54,270 bases of DNA. Origin: Paraneptunicella sp. GTDB lineage: Bacteria > Pseudomonadota > Gammaproteobacteria > Enterobacterales > Alteromonadaceae. The stretch lies in contig CAXRCC010000102.1 in the NCBI GenBank assembly GCA_964228975.1, forward strand, positions 1 to 54,270, given 5' to 3'. Position 1 is the stretch's first letter; each line of letters starts with the position of its first letter. The translations under genes were made by a program, and so were the position numbers. The notes under the pieces are model-generated. The model was not told the origin of the DNA. It did no database searches and worked only from the letters and a program-made list of their open reading frames with translations. This document shows positions 10,127-22,974 of the stretch, one piece after another.

Positions 10127-11380
10127 ATGATACCCAAACCTTTGTTGTTGGTTGAAGACAGTCGCAGTGTTTCAAATATCATCAAAACTCAAATCGAAGA
10201 TCGGTGGCATTGTGACGTGCATGTTGCCGCCAGCTTTGAAGAAGCGATTGTTTTATTGAAAAGTCACCGCAAAGAGTACTTTCTCGCCATCTGCGACCTC
10301 AATTTACCCGATGCACCAAACGGGGAAATTATGGGGCTCATTAAGCGTACTGGACTGCCCACCATTATTATTACCGGGTCTGCTGAAAAAGGCGAAGCGC
10401 ACAAAAACAGCTACGCAAACGTTGTCGATTTCATACTTAAAAGCCAAACCAATTCGATTCAATACTTAGTGGAACAAGTTGGGCGTTTTTATTACAACAA
10501 ATTTACTACGCTAATGATTGTAGATGACTCTAAACTGTCCCGAGAAATGGTCGCGCAGGTATTAACCAATCAAAATTTCCGAGTTCTTGGTGCCAATAGC
10601 GCCGAAGATGCATTAGTGGTTTTAGAACAAAATCCTGAAGTGAAGCTTGTGGTGTCTGATTACATCATGCCCAAAATGAACGGCGTCCAACTCACTACTG
10701 AGCTTCGAAAAAGTCTAGATAAGTCAAAACTGGCAATCATCGGGTTATCTTCCGACAACGAACCTCGCTTAGGTTTAGAATTTATTCGAAATGGCGCAAA
10801 CGACTTTTTAACCAAACCTTTTATCGCAGAAGAGCTTATTCTTCGAATAAACCAAAACCTCGACACAATGAAATACATTGAGGTTATTGAAAACACCGCC
10901 AACCGAGATTACCTCACAAAACTGAATAATCGTCGCTTCTTCTACTATGAAGGTGAGCAAATTCGGAAAAACGCCCTAAGAACCAAAACACCTTTTGTAC
11001 TTGCCTTATTAGATATTGATCATTTCAAACAAATCAATGACACCTACGGTCACGATATCGGTGACAAAGTGCTTATTGAGTTTTCATCATTAATAACAAA
11101 ACATTTCTCAGAAGCGCTCAGTGCAAGAATTGGGGGTGAAGAATTTATCGTCGCTTTCACGCAACCTATTGAAGATGTGATTCCCATGCTGGATGCATTT
11201 AGAGAAGATCTTGCATCGCAATCCTATGAATTTGATGGGCAAACACTCTCTGTTACAGTCAGCATCGGTTGTAACGGAGCGCCAGATAAAACGATGGACG
11301 GTGCCCTAAAAGTTGCAGACGAGTACCTATATCAAGCCAAGAACCAAGGGCGGAATCGCGTCATCTACCAAGATGGATAA
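10127..11380 (+). CDS. Response-regulator diguanylate cyclase (REC-REC-GGDEF, PleD-like layout)
   Basis: Two receiver domains (LLVEDS...CDLNLPD; IVDDS...SDYIMP), DYLTKLNNRR, DIDHFKQINDTYGH, ARIGGEEF. Start uncertain (10079 or 10127). Confidence 0.92.
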   Translation: MIPKPLLLVEDSRSVSNIIKTQIEDRWHCDVHVAASFEEAIVLLKSHRKEYFLAICDLNLPDAPNGEIMGLIKRTGLPTIIITGSAEKGEAHKNSYANVVDFILKSQTNSIQYLVEQVGRFYYNKFTTLMIVDDSKLSREMVAQVLTNQNFRVLGANSAEDALVVLEQNPEVKLVVSDYIMPKMNGVQLTTELRKSLDKSKLAIIGLSSDNEPRLGLEFIRNGANDFLTKPFIAEELILRINQNLDTMKYIEVIENTANRDYLTKLNNRRFFYYEGEQIRKNALRTKTPFVLALLDIDHFKQINDTYGHDIGDKVLIEFSSLITKHFSEALSARIGGEEFIVAFTQPIEDVIPMLDAFREDLASQSYEFDGQTLSVTVSIGCNGAPDKTMDGALKVADEYLYQAKNQGRNRVIYQDG

Positions 11381-11511
11381 GAAAATGAAGCATAGCATTA
11401 GCGACTCTGCTGGTGACTCTCTATACTTCTATCAGCGTTATTTTGTAAACTTTTTCCATCCTTAAATTGAGGTAAATGTGGCTTTTTTTCGTTCTGTGCT
11501 GGTAAATACTC

Positions 11512-13791
11512 ATGAAAGCGATAAAATCGCCCTCTAATTTATCAATAAGCGGCACTTTTAAGGCTGTCATTTTTCAACATTGTATGTATTGTAACCATTT
11601 AATTAGAATCCCTTTGTTCTTCGGAATCGTGCTTCCCGCAGCAGCACAAGAACAATGCCTCACCCCTTTAAAGCCATTTGAAAACAATGGATTAGCAAGT
11701 GGTGAAGAAATTGTTGTACAGGCCGACAAAGTTGAAATAAAGCAGGACACTGTCGCAGAATTCAACGGAAAAGTTGCGATATCGAATCGTAGTGCGCTAA
11801 TCAATGCCGAACGCGCTTTAATTGATAAAGACAACCAAGAGCTTACTGCGGAAGGAAATATCCAATATACGGATCCAGCCATCCAAGTCGACAGCGAACA
11901 AATTCAACTCGATATCAACGGCAACAAGTTACAGTTAGATAAGACCCTTTACCAACTAAGAGAGTTTCCCGGTAGAGGTAACGCTGAACGCATTGTATTA
12001 AGTGAAGAACAAGGCGTTCAGCTTGAAGATGTAAGCTTTAGCAGCTGTCCGGTAGGCGCACAAGACTGGCACATCCAAGCCAGCGAAATCGAGCTAAAAC
12101 CTGGCAGCCTATGGGGAACCGCAAAACACACTCGTTTTTATATTCAAGATATCGCGGTTTTCTATCTTCCTTACTTTGCTTTTCCAGTCACCGAGCAAAG
12201 GCAATCGGGCTTATTATTCCCGCAAATTTCCAGCAATAACAGCACTGGCCTTACCTACGAACAGCCTATTTACTGGAATATCTTGCCCAATTTGGACATG
12301 ACGTTCTCGCCCCGCTACATGACACAGCGTGGCCTGCAACTTAAAACAGAATTGCGTTATCTTACCGAAATGCATGGCGGTGAGATTCACTTAGAATACT
12401 TAAACAACGACCAAGACGAAGAAAACATCGACGAACGTTATTTTTATCGCTTCTCTCACAAAGGTTACCTTGATGAGAATTGGTCAATCAGCGCCGAGTG
12501 GAACGACCTCAGTGATGACAACTACATCACAGATTTAGGCTCAGACTTCTACAATCGAGCTGATACACACTTATTTAAAACGGTCGGGTTGAGTTATCAC
12601 AGCGAAAAGCTCGATTTTACGGCTAAATTCAGAGACTTCGAAACAATCGGTGATCACCCTGATAGCTATCGCGCCCTCCCCGAATTAAAACTGTCTTATA
12701 ACGCTTGGGAATCGGGCTTAAATTCGTTGCAAATCAATTCGGAAGTAAGCTATTTCGATAATGCAGAGCAAAGCGTGCCAAAAGCAACACGCGTGCACAT
12801 TGCGCCTACATTAAGCCTACCTTACCGAACAAGTTGGGCTGAATTTTTAGCGGAAACCAGCTTATTACATACGGAATACTTCCAAGATAACACCACAGGT
12901 AATCTTGATAGCCACGTTAGTCGTACACTTGCACAAGTTAGGCTTTACGGCTCAATGTCAATGGAAAGGTCGATTAAATGGTTCGGTGATGACGCAACAC
13001 AAACGTTAGAGCCGAAATTCCAATACCACTTCACAAGCTACGAAAATCAAGATGATATCGGCCTATACGATACAACTCGCCTGTTAAATGATGTTGTTGG
13101 TATCTTTCGTGGTCAGGAATTTACGGGCATTGATAGAATTAGCGACACCAATCAAATCGCTCTGGGCGTAACGTCTCGAATTTTAGATGAAAACAATCGG
13201 GAACAATTCCGCCTAGGCATAGGTCAGATATTCTACTTTGATGATAACCAAGTTTTAGAAGCGTCAAAAGAAAGCAACCGCTCTTCGATTGCTGCAGAGC
13301 TTGATTGGAATATTAATAGTAGATGGACCGTCGCTTCTGAAATCCAAGTTTCTAGCCAGAGTGAAAAAATTGAGCGCAGTAATCTCGCATTAGAATATCG
13401 CTTAGGCGATAACAAATTACTGCAACTCAACCACCGTTATATCCGCGATATCTCAGGGGATGAAATTGATCAACTTGGTGTCACCGCCTCTTGGCCAATT
13501 TCGCATAACTGGCAATGGGTTGGACGTTATTATCGAGATATGGACTTAAATCGCTCAACCGAAAGCTTTATTGGTATACAATACGAATCTTGCTGCTGGG
13601 GTATGCAACTTGTATGGCAGCGCCATCTTAGCAATCGATTCGATGGGCTTGGTAACCAGAACATCAACGAGTATGATTCCGGTATCAACTTTAAGTTCGT
13701 GTTTAAAGGAATGGGAAGTGGTAAACGTAGTCGCGCCTTGCTGGATGAAGGACTATATGGCTACCGTCGCCCTTATTTTTTGAGTAATTAA
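11512..13791 (+). CDS. lptD: LPS-assembly protein LptD
   Basis: OstA-like N-domain, FSSCP, RQSGLLFP, YESCCW; lies upstream of surA. The true start may be ATG 11584. Confidence 0.96.
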   Translation: MKAIKSPSNLSISGTFKAVIFQHCMYCNHLIRIPLFFGIVLPAAAQEQCLTPLKPFENNGLASGEEIVVQADKVEIKQDTVAEFNGKVAISNRSALINAERALIDKDNQELTAEGNIQYTDPAIQVDSEQIQLDINGNKLQLDKTLYQLREFPGRGNAERIVLSEEQGVQLEDVSFSSCPVGAQDWHIQASEIELKPGSLWGTAKHTRFYIQDIAVFYLPYFAFPVTEQRQSGLLFPQISSNNSTGLTYEQPIYWNILPNLDMTFSPRYMTQRGLQLKTELRYLTEMHGGEIHLEYLNNDQDEENIDERYFYRFSHKGYLDENWSISAEWNDLSDDNYITDLGSDFYNRADTHLFKTVGLSYHSEKLDFTAKFRDFETIGDHPDSYRALPELKLSYNAWESGLNSLQINSEVSYFDNAEQSVPKATRVHIAPTLSLPYRTSWAEFLAETSLLHTEYFQDNTTGNLDSHVSRTLAQVRLYGSMSMERSIKWFGDDATQTLEPKFQYHFTSYENQDDIGLYDTTRLLNDVVGIFRGQEFTGIDRISDTNQIALGVTSRILDENNREQFRLGIGQIFYFDDNQVLEASKESNRSSIAAELDWNINSRWTVASEIQVSSQSEKIERSNLALEYRLGDNKLLQLNHRYIRDISGDEIDQLGVTASWPISHNWQWVGRYYRDMDLNRSTESFIGIQYESCCWGMQLVWQRHLSNRFDGLGNQNINEYDSGINFKFVFKGMGSGKRSRALLDEGLYGYRRPYFLSN

Positions 13792-13807
13792 CAAAGCAAC
13801 AAATTAC

Positions 13808-15097
13808 ATGAATTACACAAGAGTTTTATCAGTATTTTTCGGTTTATTTCTTTCTATTAGTGTTTCAGCACAACAGCAAACACTCGACAAAGTTGCCGTT
13901 ATTGTAGACCAAGGCGTTATCTTAGAAAGTGAAATCAACACTTTGATAGCAACCGTAAAAAGTAATGCAATTCGAAACAATCAGCAGTTGCCATCAGACA
14001 ACATCCTGCGTACCCAAGCTATTGAGCGTTTGATTACACAAAACCTTCAAATGCAAATGGCAGAAAGAATGGGTATCCAAATCAGCGACCCCCAGTTAGA
14101 ACAAACTATTTCAAACATTGCTCGTGACCAAGGCATGAGTATTGAAGGTTTAAGACAAGGCGTTATCGCCGATGGCATGACCTACGACAGTTATCGCCAC
14201 CACTTACGCACAGAACTGATTACTGGAGAAGTGACTCGCGCCAACGTTAGACGCCGCGTTTACATTACTCCTCAGGAAGTGTCTAGCTTATTGAAACTTA
14301 TCGATGAACAAGGTGCTGAGCAAGTTGAATATCAGCTTGGTCATATTCTTGTTGGTTTCCCGTCACAGCCCACTCAAGACGATATTGATGCAGCCAAAGA
14401 CAGAGCAGGAAAAGTCCTTGCGTTATTGCAAGAAGAAGACTCCGACTTTGCGAAAATCGCAGCAACAGCCTCATCAGGCGCAAAAGCGCTAGAAGGGGGG
14501 GATTTAGGTTGGATGAACATTAACTCAATGCCAACGCTTTTTGCTGAAGCCGTTCAAGGAAGCCGTAAAAGCGACCTTATTGGCCCCATTCGAAGCGGCG
14601 CGGGTTTCCACATTCTCAAAATCAAAGACATTCGAGGTCTTGAAATTGCGGAAGTAAAAGAAGTTAACGCTCGACACATTCTGATTAAACCAACCATTAT
14701 TTTAAGTGAAGAACGCGCCGAACAAATGCTTAAAGAGTTCCGTCAACAGGTCATCGACGGCGATTCTGACTTCGGTGAACTCGCAAAAGAACACTCTGTT
14801 GACCCCGGCTCTGCACTTAAAGGTGGAGAACTAGGTTGGGCAGATCCGAGCATGTATGTGCCGACCTTTAAAGATGTTGTTGAAAGCTTAGAAAAAGACG
14901 AACTATCTCAACCATTTCGCTCTGTTCACGGCTGGCACTTAGTACAACTCATCGACAGCCGCGTTGATGATGTCACCGAAAAACGTAAAGAAGAAAGAGC
15001 TTATCAACTTCTATACAAACGTAAGTACGCAGAAGAGCGCGACTCATGGCTAAAAGAGATGCGTGACAATGCTTATGTAGAAGTTCTAGCGGACTAA
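13808..15097 (+). CDS. surA: Periplasmic chaperone/PPIase SurA
   Basis: Signal peptide, two parvulin domains (GGDLGW, ARHILIKP, GGELGW). Confidence 0.97.
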   Translation: MNYTRVLSVFFGLFLSISVSAQQQTLDKVAVIVDQGVILESEINTLIATVKSNAIRNNQQLPSDNILRTQAIERLITQNLQMQMAERMGIQISDPQLEQTISNIARDQGMSIEGLRQGVIADGMTYDSYRHHLRTELITGEVTRANVRRRVYITPQEVSSLLKLIDEQGAEQVEYQLGHILVGFPSQPTQDDIDAAKDRAGKVLALLQEEDSDFAKIAATASSGAKALEGGDLGWMNINSMPTLFAEAVQGSRKSDLIGPIRSGAGFHILKIKDIRGLEIAEVKEVNARHILIKPTIILSEERAEQMLKEFRQQVIDGDSDFGELAKEHSVDPGSALKGGELGWADPSMYVPTFKDVVESLEKDELSQPFRSVHGWHLVQLIDSRVDDVTEKRKEERAYQLLYKRKYAEERDSWLKEMRDNAYVEVLAD

Positions 15098-15100
15098 ACA

Positions 15101-16087
15101 ATGCCAATTAAACTAGCAATTACGCCGGGCGAACCTGCAGGTATCGGCCCGGATTTAACGATTCAATTAGCCCAAGAAAACTGGAATGCTCAGCTAGTGG
15201 TATTTGCTGACAGGGCTATGCTTTTAAAGCGTGCGGAAACACTCGGTTTACCGCTGACGCTCATCGACTACTCACCGGATAACAAACAAATCCAGCAACC
15301 CGGCCAACTGTATATTTCCCATATTCCTGCTGACGCGGATACGGTTCCGGGTGAACTGAATGCGGAAAATGGTCACTACGTGGTTGAAACATTACGCCAA
15401 GCCAGTGAAGCTAACATCAGTGGTGAATTTGATGCCGTTGTAACAGGCCCTGTCCATAAAGGCATCATCAACCAAGCAGGTGTGTCGTTCAGTGGGCACA
15501 CTGAATACTTCGCTCAACAAGCAAACTGCTCAGACGTCGTGATGATGCTAGCAACCGAAGGGTTGCGTGTCGCGTTAGTCACAACACATATTCCGCTTGC
15601 TTATGTAAACAAAGCAATTACGCCTGAACGCTTAGACAACGTCATCGGTATTTTGCACCACGACTTAAAAACAAAGTTTGGTATCGAAAAGCCCCGTATT
15701 TACGTTTGTGGCCTTAATCCTCACGCAGGCGAAAATGGTCATCTCGGAAAAGAAGAAATCGAGGTCATTACACCAACACTTGATGTGCTTAGAAGTCAGG
15801 GGATTGACCTTGTTGGCCCCCTACCTGCCGATACTATTTTCCAGAAAAAATACTTAGACGATGCTGATGCAGTGCTCTCGATGTATCACGATCAAGGCCT
15901 ACCTGTATTAAAATACAAAGGGTTTGGTGCATCAGTTAACATCACCCTAGGTCTTCCTTTCATTCGAACCTCTGTCGATCACGGAACAGCACTTGATCTT
16001 GCTGGCACAGGTGATATCGATAAAGGTAGCTTCAAAATCGCCATTGAAGAGGCTATTAAGCTTGCCTCTACTCGGACAACAAAGTAG
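15101..16087 (+). CDS. pdxA: 4-hydroxythreonine-4-phosphate dehydrogenase
   Basis: [37 protein letters not shown]. Confidence 0.98.
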   Translation: MPIKLAITPGEPAGIGPDLTIQLAQENWNAQLVVFADRAMLLKRAETLGLPLTLIDYSPDNKQIQQPGQLYISHIPADADTVPGELNAENGHYVVETLRQASEANISGEFDAVVTGPVHKGIINQAGVSFSGHTEYFAQQANCSDVVMMLATEGLRVALVTTHIPLAYVNKAITPERLDNVIGILHHDLKTKFGIEKPRIYVCGLNPHAGENGHLGKEEIEVITPTLDVLRSQGIDLVGPLPADTIFQKKYLDDADAVLSMYHDQGLPVLKYKGFGASVNITLGLPFIRTSVDHGTALDLAGTGDIDKGSFKIAIEEAIKLASTRTTK

Positions 16088-16902
16088 TGAACAGTAAAAC
16101 ACATTTAGGCCATACCGCACGAAAGCGCTTTGGCCAAAACTTTTTAAATGATGCCGGCGTTATTGACGACATCGTATCTGCAATTAACCCTCAAGAAGGT
16201 GAAAACCTCGTCGAAATCGGCCCCGGCTTAGGTGCATTAACAGAGCCTGTGTGCGAACACATCGCTAAGCTCACGGTCGTAGAGTTGGACAGAGACTTAG
16301 CCAAGCGATTGCGCAGCCACCCATTCATGCAAGATAAGCTCAACGTGGTTGAGTCCGACGCCATGAAAATGGATTTTTCAAACTTATACGAAGACGGCAA
16401 GCCCCTGCGTATTTTTGGTAATCTGCCTTACAATATTTCCACCCCTTTAATGTTCCACCTCTTTGAATTTGTTGAACAAATTCAAGACATGCATTTTATG
16501 TTGCAAAAAGAAGTGGTCAATCGAATGGCAGCGGCCCCTGGAAGCAAAGATTACGGCAAGCTTTCGGTTATGACTCAGTACTATTGCCAAGTTCTGCCCG
16601 TTTTATTAGTGCCGCCCCACGCATTTAAACCAGCGCCCAAAGTCGACTCTGCGGTTGTACGTTTAGCACCTCATAAAACAAAAACGGTAGACGTAAAAGA
16701 CGTTAAGTTGCTGGAAAAGGTTTGCTCTGCTGCATTCGGACAAAGACGTAAAACGCTAAGAAACAGTCTGAAAGAGCTACTCGATGCCGAAGCCATTGAA
16801 AGCTTGGGCATTAACCCCGCCGCTCGCGCCGAAACATTGTCTCTTCAAGAATATGCGCTACTTGCCAATGCAGTAGCCCAATCAGAACCCAAGAGTAATT
16901 AA
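16087..16902 (+). CDS. rsmA: 16S rRNA m6,2A dimethyltransferase RsmA/KsgA
   Basis: [35 protein letters not shown]. Confidence 0.98.
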   Translation: MNSKTHLGHTARKRFGQNFLNDAGVIDDIVSAINPQEGENLVEIGPGLGALTEPVCEHIAKLTVVELDRDLAKRLRSHPFMQDKLNVVESDAMKMDFSNLYEDGKPLRIFGNLPYNISTPLMFHLFEFVEQIQDMHFMLQKEVVNRMAAAPGSKDYGKLSVMTQYYCQVLPVLLVPPHAFKPAPKVDSAVVRLAPHKTKTVDVKDVKLLEKVCSAAFGQRRKTLRNSLKELLDAEAIESLGINPAARAETLSLQEYALLANAVAQSEPKSN

Positions 16903-16904
16903 TT

Positions 16905-17288
16905 ATGTCTGCTCCGACCCTAGCGCAAATTACTATTGGTGCTAAAACGGCTTTTTTACCTGATCACCCCGCCACGGATGCCAATCAGTTTGCTTTTAGC
17001 TATGAAATTACCATTACTAACAATAGCGACGAGAATGTTCAGCTATTAAATCGATATTGGCTTATTACTGACGCTGACAGCAAGAAAACAGAAGTACAAG
17101 GCGCTGGCGTCGTTGGTGAGCAACCACTGATAAAACCCGGTGAATCTTACCAATACGTTAGCGGTGCCATTCTCGATACGCCCGTAGGAGCAATGGAAGG
17201 CCATTATGAATTTCAGCTCGATAATGGTGAATTAATACGCGTACCTATTGCGCCTTTTGGCCTAGCGCTGCCCTACTCCATCAATTGA
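16905..17288 (+). CDS. apaG: ApaG protein
   Basis: QLLNRYWLITD, GAGVVGEQP, TPVGAMEGHY. Confidence 0.96.
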   Translation: MSAPTLAQITIGAKTAFLPDHPATDANQFAFSYEITITNNSDENVQLLNRYWLITDADSKKTEVQGAGVVGEQPLIKPGESYQYVSGAILDTPVGAMEGHYEFQLDNGELIRVPIAPFGLALPYSIN

Positions 17289-17325
17289 TTTAACTGCGTA
17301 TTCCAACTTTGCTGAGGGCATCGAA

Positions 17326-18132
17326 ATGTCAACTTATGTAGTGGGTGATATACAAGGCTGTTTTTCTGGTTTACAGGCACTACTCGAAAAAATTCAGTTT
17401 AACCCTCAGCAAGACAAACTCTACGCCGTTGGTGATTTAATCGGCAGAGGCCCAGAAGCGCTAGAAACCATTGAATACCTGTATCAACTTGGAGAAAGCT
17501 TCGAAACCGTACTTGGGAATCATGACCTGCATTTCCTTGGAGTCTACAATGGTATTAAGAAAAATAATCCCAAAGATGGCTTCGATGCGCTACTTAAATC
17601 CCCACGAATTGAGCACTATATCGACTGGTTAAGGCACAAACCTCTCGCTTTAAAGATCAATAACAGAACATTTTTGAGTCATGCTGGACTGTATCCAAAA
17701 TGGTCTGTCGATGAAGCCTTAAAATATTCCCTTGAGGTTGAAAAAGCTTTACAAAGCAAGACTTACGTAGATGTGCTGAAATACATGTACCACAAAGAAT
17801 CGGTAAACTTCTCTACCTCAATACCGAGCAAGGACCGTTTAAGGTTCATAATTGATGCCTTTACACGCATGCGCTATCTATGTGAAGATTGTAGCTTCGA
17901 TTATAGTTGTAAAACTCCGACGAAAGATGCTCCTCAACACCTGATGCCATGGTTCGAGCATTCCCAAATAAAATCAATAAACGGAATTAATCTAATTTTT
18001 GGACATTGGGCGTCTTTAGAAGGATGTACTCCATACCCGCATTGTATAGCGTTAGACACAGGCTATATATGGGGAGGAAAGTTATCCGCAATCTGCTTGA
18101 ATACGATGAAAATCAATTCAATAAGCAACTAA
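17326..18132 (+). CDS. apaH: Symmetrical diadenosine tetraphosphatase
   Basis: GDIQGC, VGDLIGRGP, LGNHDLH, FGHWASL, LDTG. Confidence 0.96.
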   Translation: MSTYVVGDIQGCFSGLQALLEKIQFNPQQDKLYAVGDLIGRGPEALETIEYLYQLGESFETVLGNHDLHFLGVYNGIKKNNPKDGFDALLKSPRIEHYIDWLRHKPLALKINNRTFLSHAGLYPKWSVDEALKYSLEVEKALQSKTYVDVLKYMYHKESVNFSTSIPSKDRLRFIIDAFTRMRYLCEDCSFDYSCKTPTKDAPQHLMPWFEHSQIKSINGINLIFGHWASLEGCTPYPHCIALDTGYIWGGKLSAICLNTMKINSISN

Positions 18133-18133
18133 A

Positions 18134-18161
18134 TTTAAGATTTAATCACAATGACCGACTA
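18134..18161 (+). promoter_or_regulatory. Candidate sigma-28 (FliA) promoter of the MCP gene
   Basis: TTTAAG-N14-ACCGACTA versus consensus CTAAAG-N14-GCCGATAA, upstream of a chemoreceptor gene. Confidence 0.45.
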
Positions 18162-18232
18162 GAATAGATGTTATCCATTTCTTGTCGTTCGAAATTAAGA
18201 AGCGGAAAGTTTCAAAAGCATTGGGAGAAGTA

Positions 18233-20257
18233 ATGAATATTACAGTTGCTCTGCGAATAATTGGCGGCTTTACAACCATCAGTGTTTTATTATTCGTGAT
18301 CAGTATCACCTCTCTGATTAATCTCAGTAACATTAATGACGCTTCCGACGAAGTTATCGATTTGGCTATCCCAACGCTTGTAAAAAGTGATCAGTTAAAA
18401 ATTCTCCTAGCCCAAGTTAACACGTCAACGTACAAAAGTTACAACGAAGTAGACAGCGCGAGATTAACCGGTGAGGAGCAACGATTTAACCAGTTGGAAT
18501 TAGACTTTCAGAAAGACCTGAAAGAGCTGCAACAAGTCGTGACCAACGAAGCGGATATTCGCAAAGCAACCCAAGCATTAGATCCACTATACCAATCCTA
18601 TTTCTCCTCGGTTGAATCTATTATTGCAAACAAAAAACGCATTTTAGAGATTAACGCCACATTAGAAGAAAAGCTCGTTGAAGTAGAAGACGCCGTTGAC
18701 GATACGTCTACACTCATTTTGGATTTCAACGACAGCGATGAAGCCAGTCAAGTAAAGGCGCTTGCCGCCGCTGCGAAAATTGGTGAATCACTCGATACGA
18801 ATTTAATGTCAGTAGTGAGTGTCAGCGACTCTTTCTTAAAAACCCAAACATTAGCCCGCTCTGAAACCATTGGCAGCGAGGTCAAATTGCTGCTTGAAAG
18901 AATTCAAAGCGAAAATAGCAGTATGCTTGAAACGGCTGACGGCAAAGATGATTCAGGCGCGTTAGAAGAAGCCTCTGAAAATATCGAAAACCTTTCCAGT
19001 GTCGTGTTAGGAAGTTCAGGTATCGTCGCCCTGCATAATCAGCGCTTAAGGCTTCAAAACGAAACAATGGCAACACTGCAGACAGCTATTGAACAAATGG
19101 ATGCCGCTTCAGCACAGCTAGACCAAGTAGCATTACTTGGCGATCAAAAAACCGATAGCATTAAAGCAGAAGTGGGTGAGAGCGTTTCAAGTAGCCGTGT
19201 TAGCACCATCATTATTACCCTCTTTTCTATTCTTGCTGCACTCGCTATAGGCTTTTTCACAGTAAGAGCAATCACCAGACCACTTCAAGAAGTCAACACC
19301 TTGTTAAATGTGGTAGCCACGGGTGACTTAACAAGACAGTTAGACGATAGCTCTAAAGACGAGTTTGGTGAGCTTGCCAAAAACTGTAACGCGCTTATCA
19401 ATAGCTTAAAAACGCTTATTTCAGGTATCAGCACAGGCTCTGCGCAATTAGCCGCCGCATCTGAGCAAACCTCAAGCGTAACAACACAAACCACACGTTC
19501 AATCCAAGAGCAAAAGTCTCAGGTTAGCCAAGTGGCAACAGCAACAACTGAATTGAATAGTACGGCGCAAATGGTAGCGAAAAGCGCAGAAGATACGCTT
19601 GCGCAAATTAGCCAAGCCAATCGCGAAGCTGATACGGTTCGTAGTATTTCTGAAGACAACAAGAAAACCATTCTTGTGCTGTCTAACGACGTAGACTCCG
19701 CAGCAGATGTTATCAATAAGGTTCACCAAGATAGCGCCAGCATCGGCAGTATTTTAGATGTTATCCGCGGGATTGCCGATCAAACTAACCTGCTTGCCCT
19801 AAATGCCGCGATTGAAGCTGCGCGTGCAGGAGAACAAGGCAGAGGCTTTGCTGTAGTAGCAGACGAGGTAAGAACCCTAGCAAGCCGAACGCAAGAGTCG
19901 ACGCAAGAAATTCAATCCATGATTGAGATACTACAAAGTGGCGCAGAGCAAGCCGTATCAGTGATGCAAAAAGGTAAAGAGCAAACCTCTCTTTGCGTTA
20001 CTCAGGCCGAAAAAGCAGCCGAGGCGCTTAACTCAATTACTGCGGCGGTGCACGAAGCCCATAACGTGAGTACCCAAATCGAACAAGCAGCAAAAGAGCA
20101 GCACACCGTATCAAGAGACATTAGCGAAAAGCTAGAAAACATTGTTGCGATTGCTGAGGAAACAGCCTCTGGTGCGCAACATACATCAAGAGCAAGCCAA
20201 GAAGTGGCTAACCTATCAGAAGACTTACAAAACTCTGTTAGGAAGTTTAACGTTTAG
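18233..20257 (+). CDS. Methyl-accepting chemotaxis protein
   Basis: TM - large helical periplasmic domain - TM - HAMP - signalling domain ([34 protein letters not shown]). ATG 18233 follows GGAG. Confidence 0.96.
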   Translation: MNITVALRIIGGFTTISVLLFVISITSLINLSNINDASDEVIDLAIPTLVKSDQLKILLAQVNTSTYKSYNEVDSARLTGEEQRFNQLELDFQKDLKELQQVVTNEADIRKATQALDPLYQSYFSSVESIIANKKRILEINATLEEKLVEVEDAVDDTSTLILDFNDSDEASQVKALAAAAKIGESLDTNLMSVVSVSDSFLKTQTLARSETIGSEVKLLLERIQSENSSMLETADGKDDSGALEEASENIENLSSVVLGSSGIVALHNQRLRLQNETMATLQTAIEQMDAASAQLDQVALLGDQKTDSIKAEVGESVSSSRVSTIIITLFSILAALAIGFFTVRAITRPLQEVNTLLNVVATGDLTRQLDDSSKDEFGELAKNCNALINSLKTLISGISTGSAQLAAASEQTSSVTTQTTRSIQEQKSQVSQVATATTELNSTAQMVAKSAEDTLAQISQANREADTVRSISEDNKKTILVLSNDVDSAADVINKVHQDSASIGSILDVIRGIADQTNLLALNAAIEAARAGEQGRGFAVVADEVRTLASRTQESTQEIQSMIEILQSGAEQAVSVMQKGKEQTSLCVTQAEKAAEALNSITAAVHEAHNVSTQIEQAAKEQHTVSRDISEKLENIVAIAEETASGAQHTSRASQEVANLSEDLQNSVRKFNV

Positions 20258-20300
20258 CGGAAGAAGCTATTATCGTTCGAGGCGAGTAACTAATAGACAT

Positions 20301-20328
20301 AAAAAACGGTGCAAATGCACCGTTTTTT
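20301..20328. terminator. Bidirectional intrinsic terminator (MCP / folA)
   Basis: AAAAAACGGTGCA-AA-TGCACCGTTTTTT. Confidence 0.88.
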
Positions 20329-20450
20329 GTTTTCGCTTCAGCACTTGCAGTATTTACCCTGCCATTGAAGCACTGAAATTTGAATTTTTTAGTCGTTCTT
20401 AAATTAAAACCCAATCATCAATACAGTTATGAATTCTGCTCTGTAACGCC

Positions 20451-20945
20451 TCAAAGGCGTTCTAAGGCAACAAACTCATAAGCATAAGGGTTGGTTTCAT
20501 CTGGCATATGTTTTTCAGAAGAATGCACCTTCCAATTGGCAACTGCCTCATAGTCTGGGAAGCATGTATCACCACTCACAGATAAATCGATATGCGTTAG
20601 GTATAACCGTTGTGCCTCTGGTAAAAACTGAGCATAGACATTACCACCACCGATAACCATGATCTCTGCTTCATTCGCCAACATTGCCTTAGCACTCTCA
20701 ATAGAAGAAACCACTTCAACATCGCTCGCCACAAATCCAGAGCGGCTTATAACAATATTTCTTCTCCCGGGAAGCGCCCTTCCAATTGACTCATAGGTTC
20801 GCCTTCCCATGACAACGGGTTTACCCATAGTAACGGCTTTGAAGTGTTTCAGGTCTGCGGGCAAATGCCAGGGCATGTCGTTATCCGCGCCGATAACGCG
20901 TCCTTCAGCCATGGCAGCAATCATCGAAATAACAGGCTTATGCAT
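20451..20945 (-). CDS. folA: Dihydrofolate reductase
   Basis: MPWHLPADLKHFK, MGRRTYESIG, VIGGG, GDTCFP. Confidence 0.98.
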   Translation of the reverse strand: MHKPVISMIAAMAEGRVIGADNDMPWHLPADLKHFKAVTMGKPVVMGRRTYESIGRALPGRRNIVISRSGFVASDVEVVSSIESAKAMLANEAEIMVIGGGNVYAQFLPEAQRLYLTHIDLSVSGDTCFPDYEAVANWKVHSSEKHMPDETNPYAYEFVALERL

Positions 20946-21043
20946 ACTACGTTTCCGTTATCCAACTTCGGCATCAAATAAAATACATCAATCTTGCGCT
21001 TAACAATGCATACCGCATTTAAGCGCAAGCACTTAGCGTTTCA

Positions 21044-22204
<1,161 letters not shown>

Positions 22205-22286
22205 CTATTTCATACTTTCAATTCCAATGCGTTAACACAAACGCACAGCAAGGGAATTTTAGCCTGTATCTTTTGCTTCTACCAAA

Positions 22287-22313
22287 ATAAAAAACCCCGC
22301 AAAAGCGGGGTTT
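22287..22313 (-). terminator. Intrinsic terminator after rplU-rpmA
   Basis: AAACCCCGC-AAAA-GCGGGGTTT with a T-tract on the minus strand. Confidence 0.85.
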
Positions 22314-22337
22314 CAAAATATTCATTCGAAAAATGAA

Positions 22338-22595
22338 TTACTCAGCAACAATGCTCACATATTTGCGGTTGTGCTTACCTTTCATTTCGAACTGTACTTT
22401 ACCGTCGGATAACGCAAATAGAGTGTGGTCACGACCACAACCAACATTATCACCAGCGTGGAATTTAGTGCCGCGTTGACGAACGATAATGCTACCTGCT
22501 AGAACAGATTCACCACCGAAACGCTTAACACCAAGACGCTTACTTTCAGAGTCGCGTCCGTTTTTGGTACTACCACCAGCCTTTTTATGTGCCAT
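22338..22595 (-). CDS. rpmA: 50S ribosomal protein L27
   Basis: [16 protein letters not shown]...RQRGTKFH. Confidence 0.99.
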   Translation of the reverse strand: MAHKKAGGSTKNGRDSESKRLGVKRFGGESVLAGSIIVRQRGTKFHAGDNVGCGRDHTLFALSDGKVQFEMKGKHNRKYVSIVAE

Positions 22596-22610
22596 GAGTT
22601 CTCGCTCCTC

Positions 22611-22922
22611 TTATCCGCTGATGCCCGTAATCTTCACTTCAGTGAACCATTGACGATGGCCCATCTGTGAACGTGAATGCTTACGACGACGGAACTTTAC
22701 AATTTTAACTTTATCGCCACGACCGTGAGTAACAACTTCTGCTGTTACTTTACCGCCTTGAACATACGGGGCGCCTATCTTAACGTCTGCACCTTCACCA
22801 ACCATTAGAACATTATCAAATTCAATAGTTTCACCCGGCGCAACTTCGATTTTTTCTAGGCGAACAGTTTGGCCCTCAGCCACACGGTGTTGTTTGCCAC
22901 CACTTTGGAAAACCGCGTACAT
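22611..22922 (-). CDS. rplU: 50S ribosomal protein L21
   Basis: [14 protein letters not shown]...[11 protein letters not shown]. Confidence 0.99.
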   Translation of the reverse strand: MYAVFQSGGKQHRVAEGQTVRLEKIEVAPGETIEFDNVLMVGEGADVKIGAPYVQGGKVTAEVVTHGRGDKVKIVKFRRRKHSRSQMGHRQWFTEVKITGISG

Positions 22923-22974
22923 AACTTACTCCGCTCTCACGCTAGCTTTTCTAGCGTATAAGGATTCTAAAACA

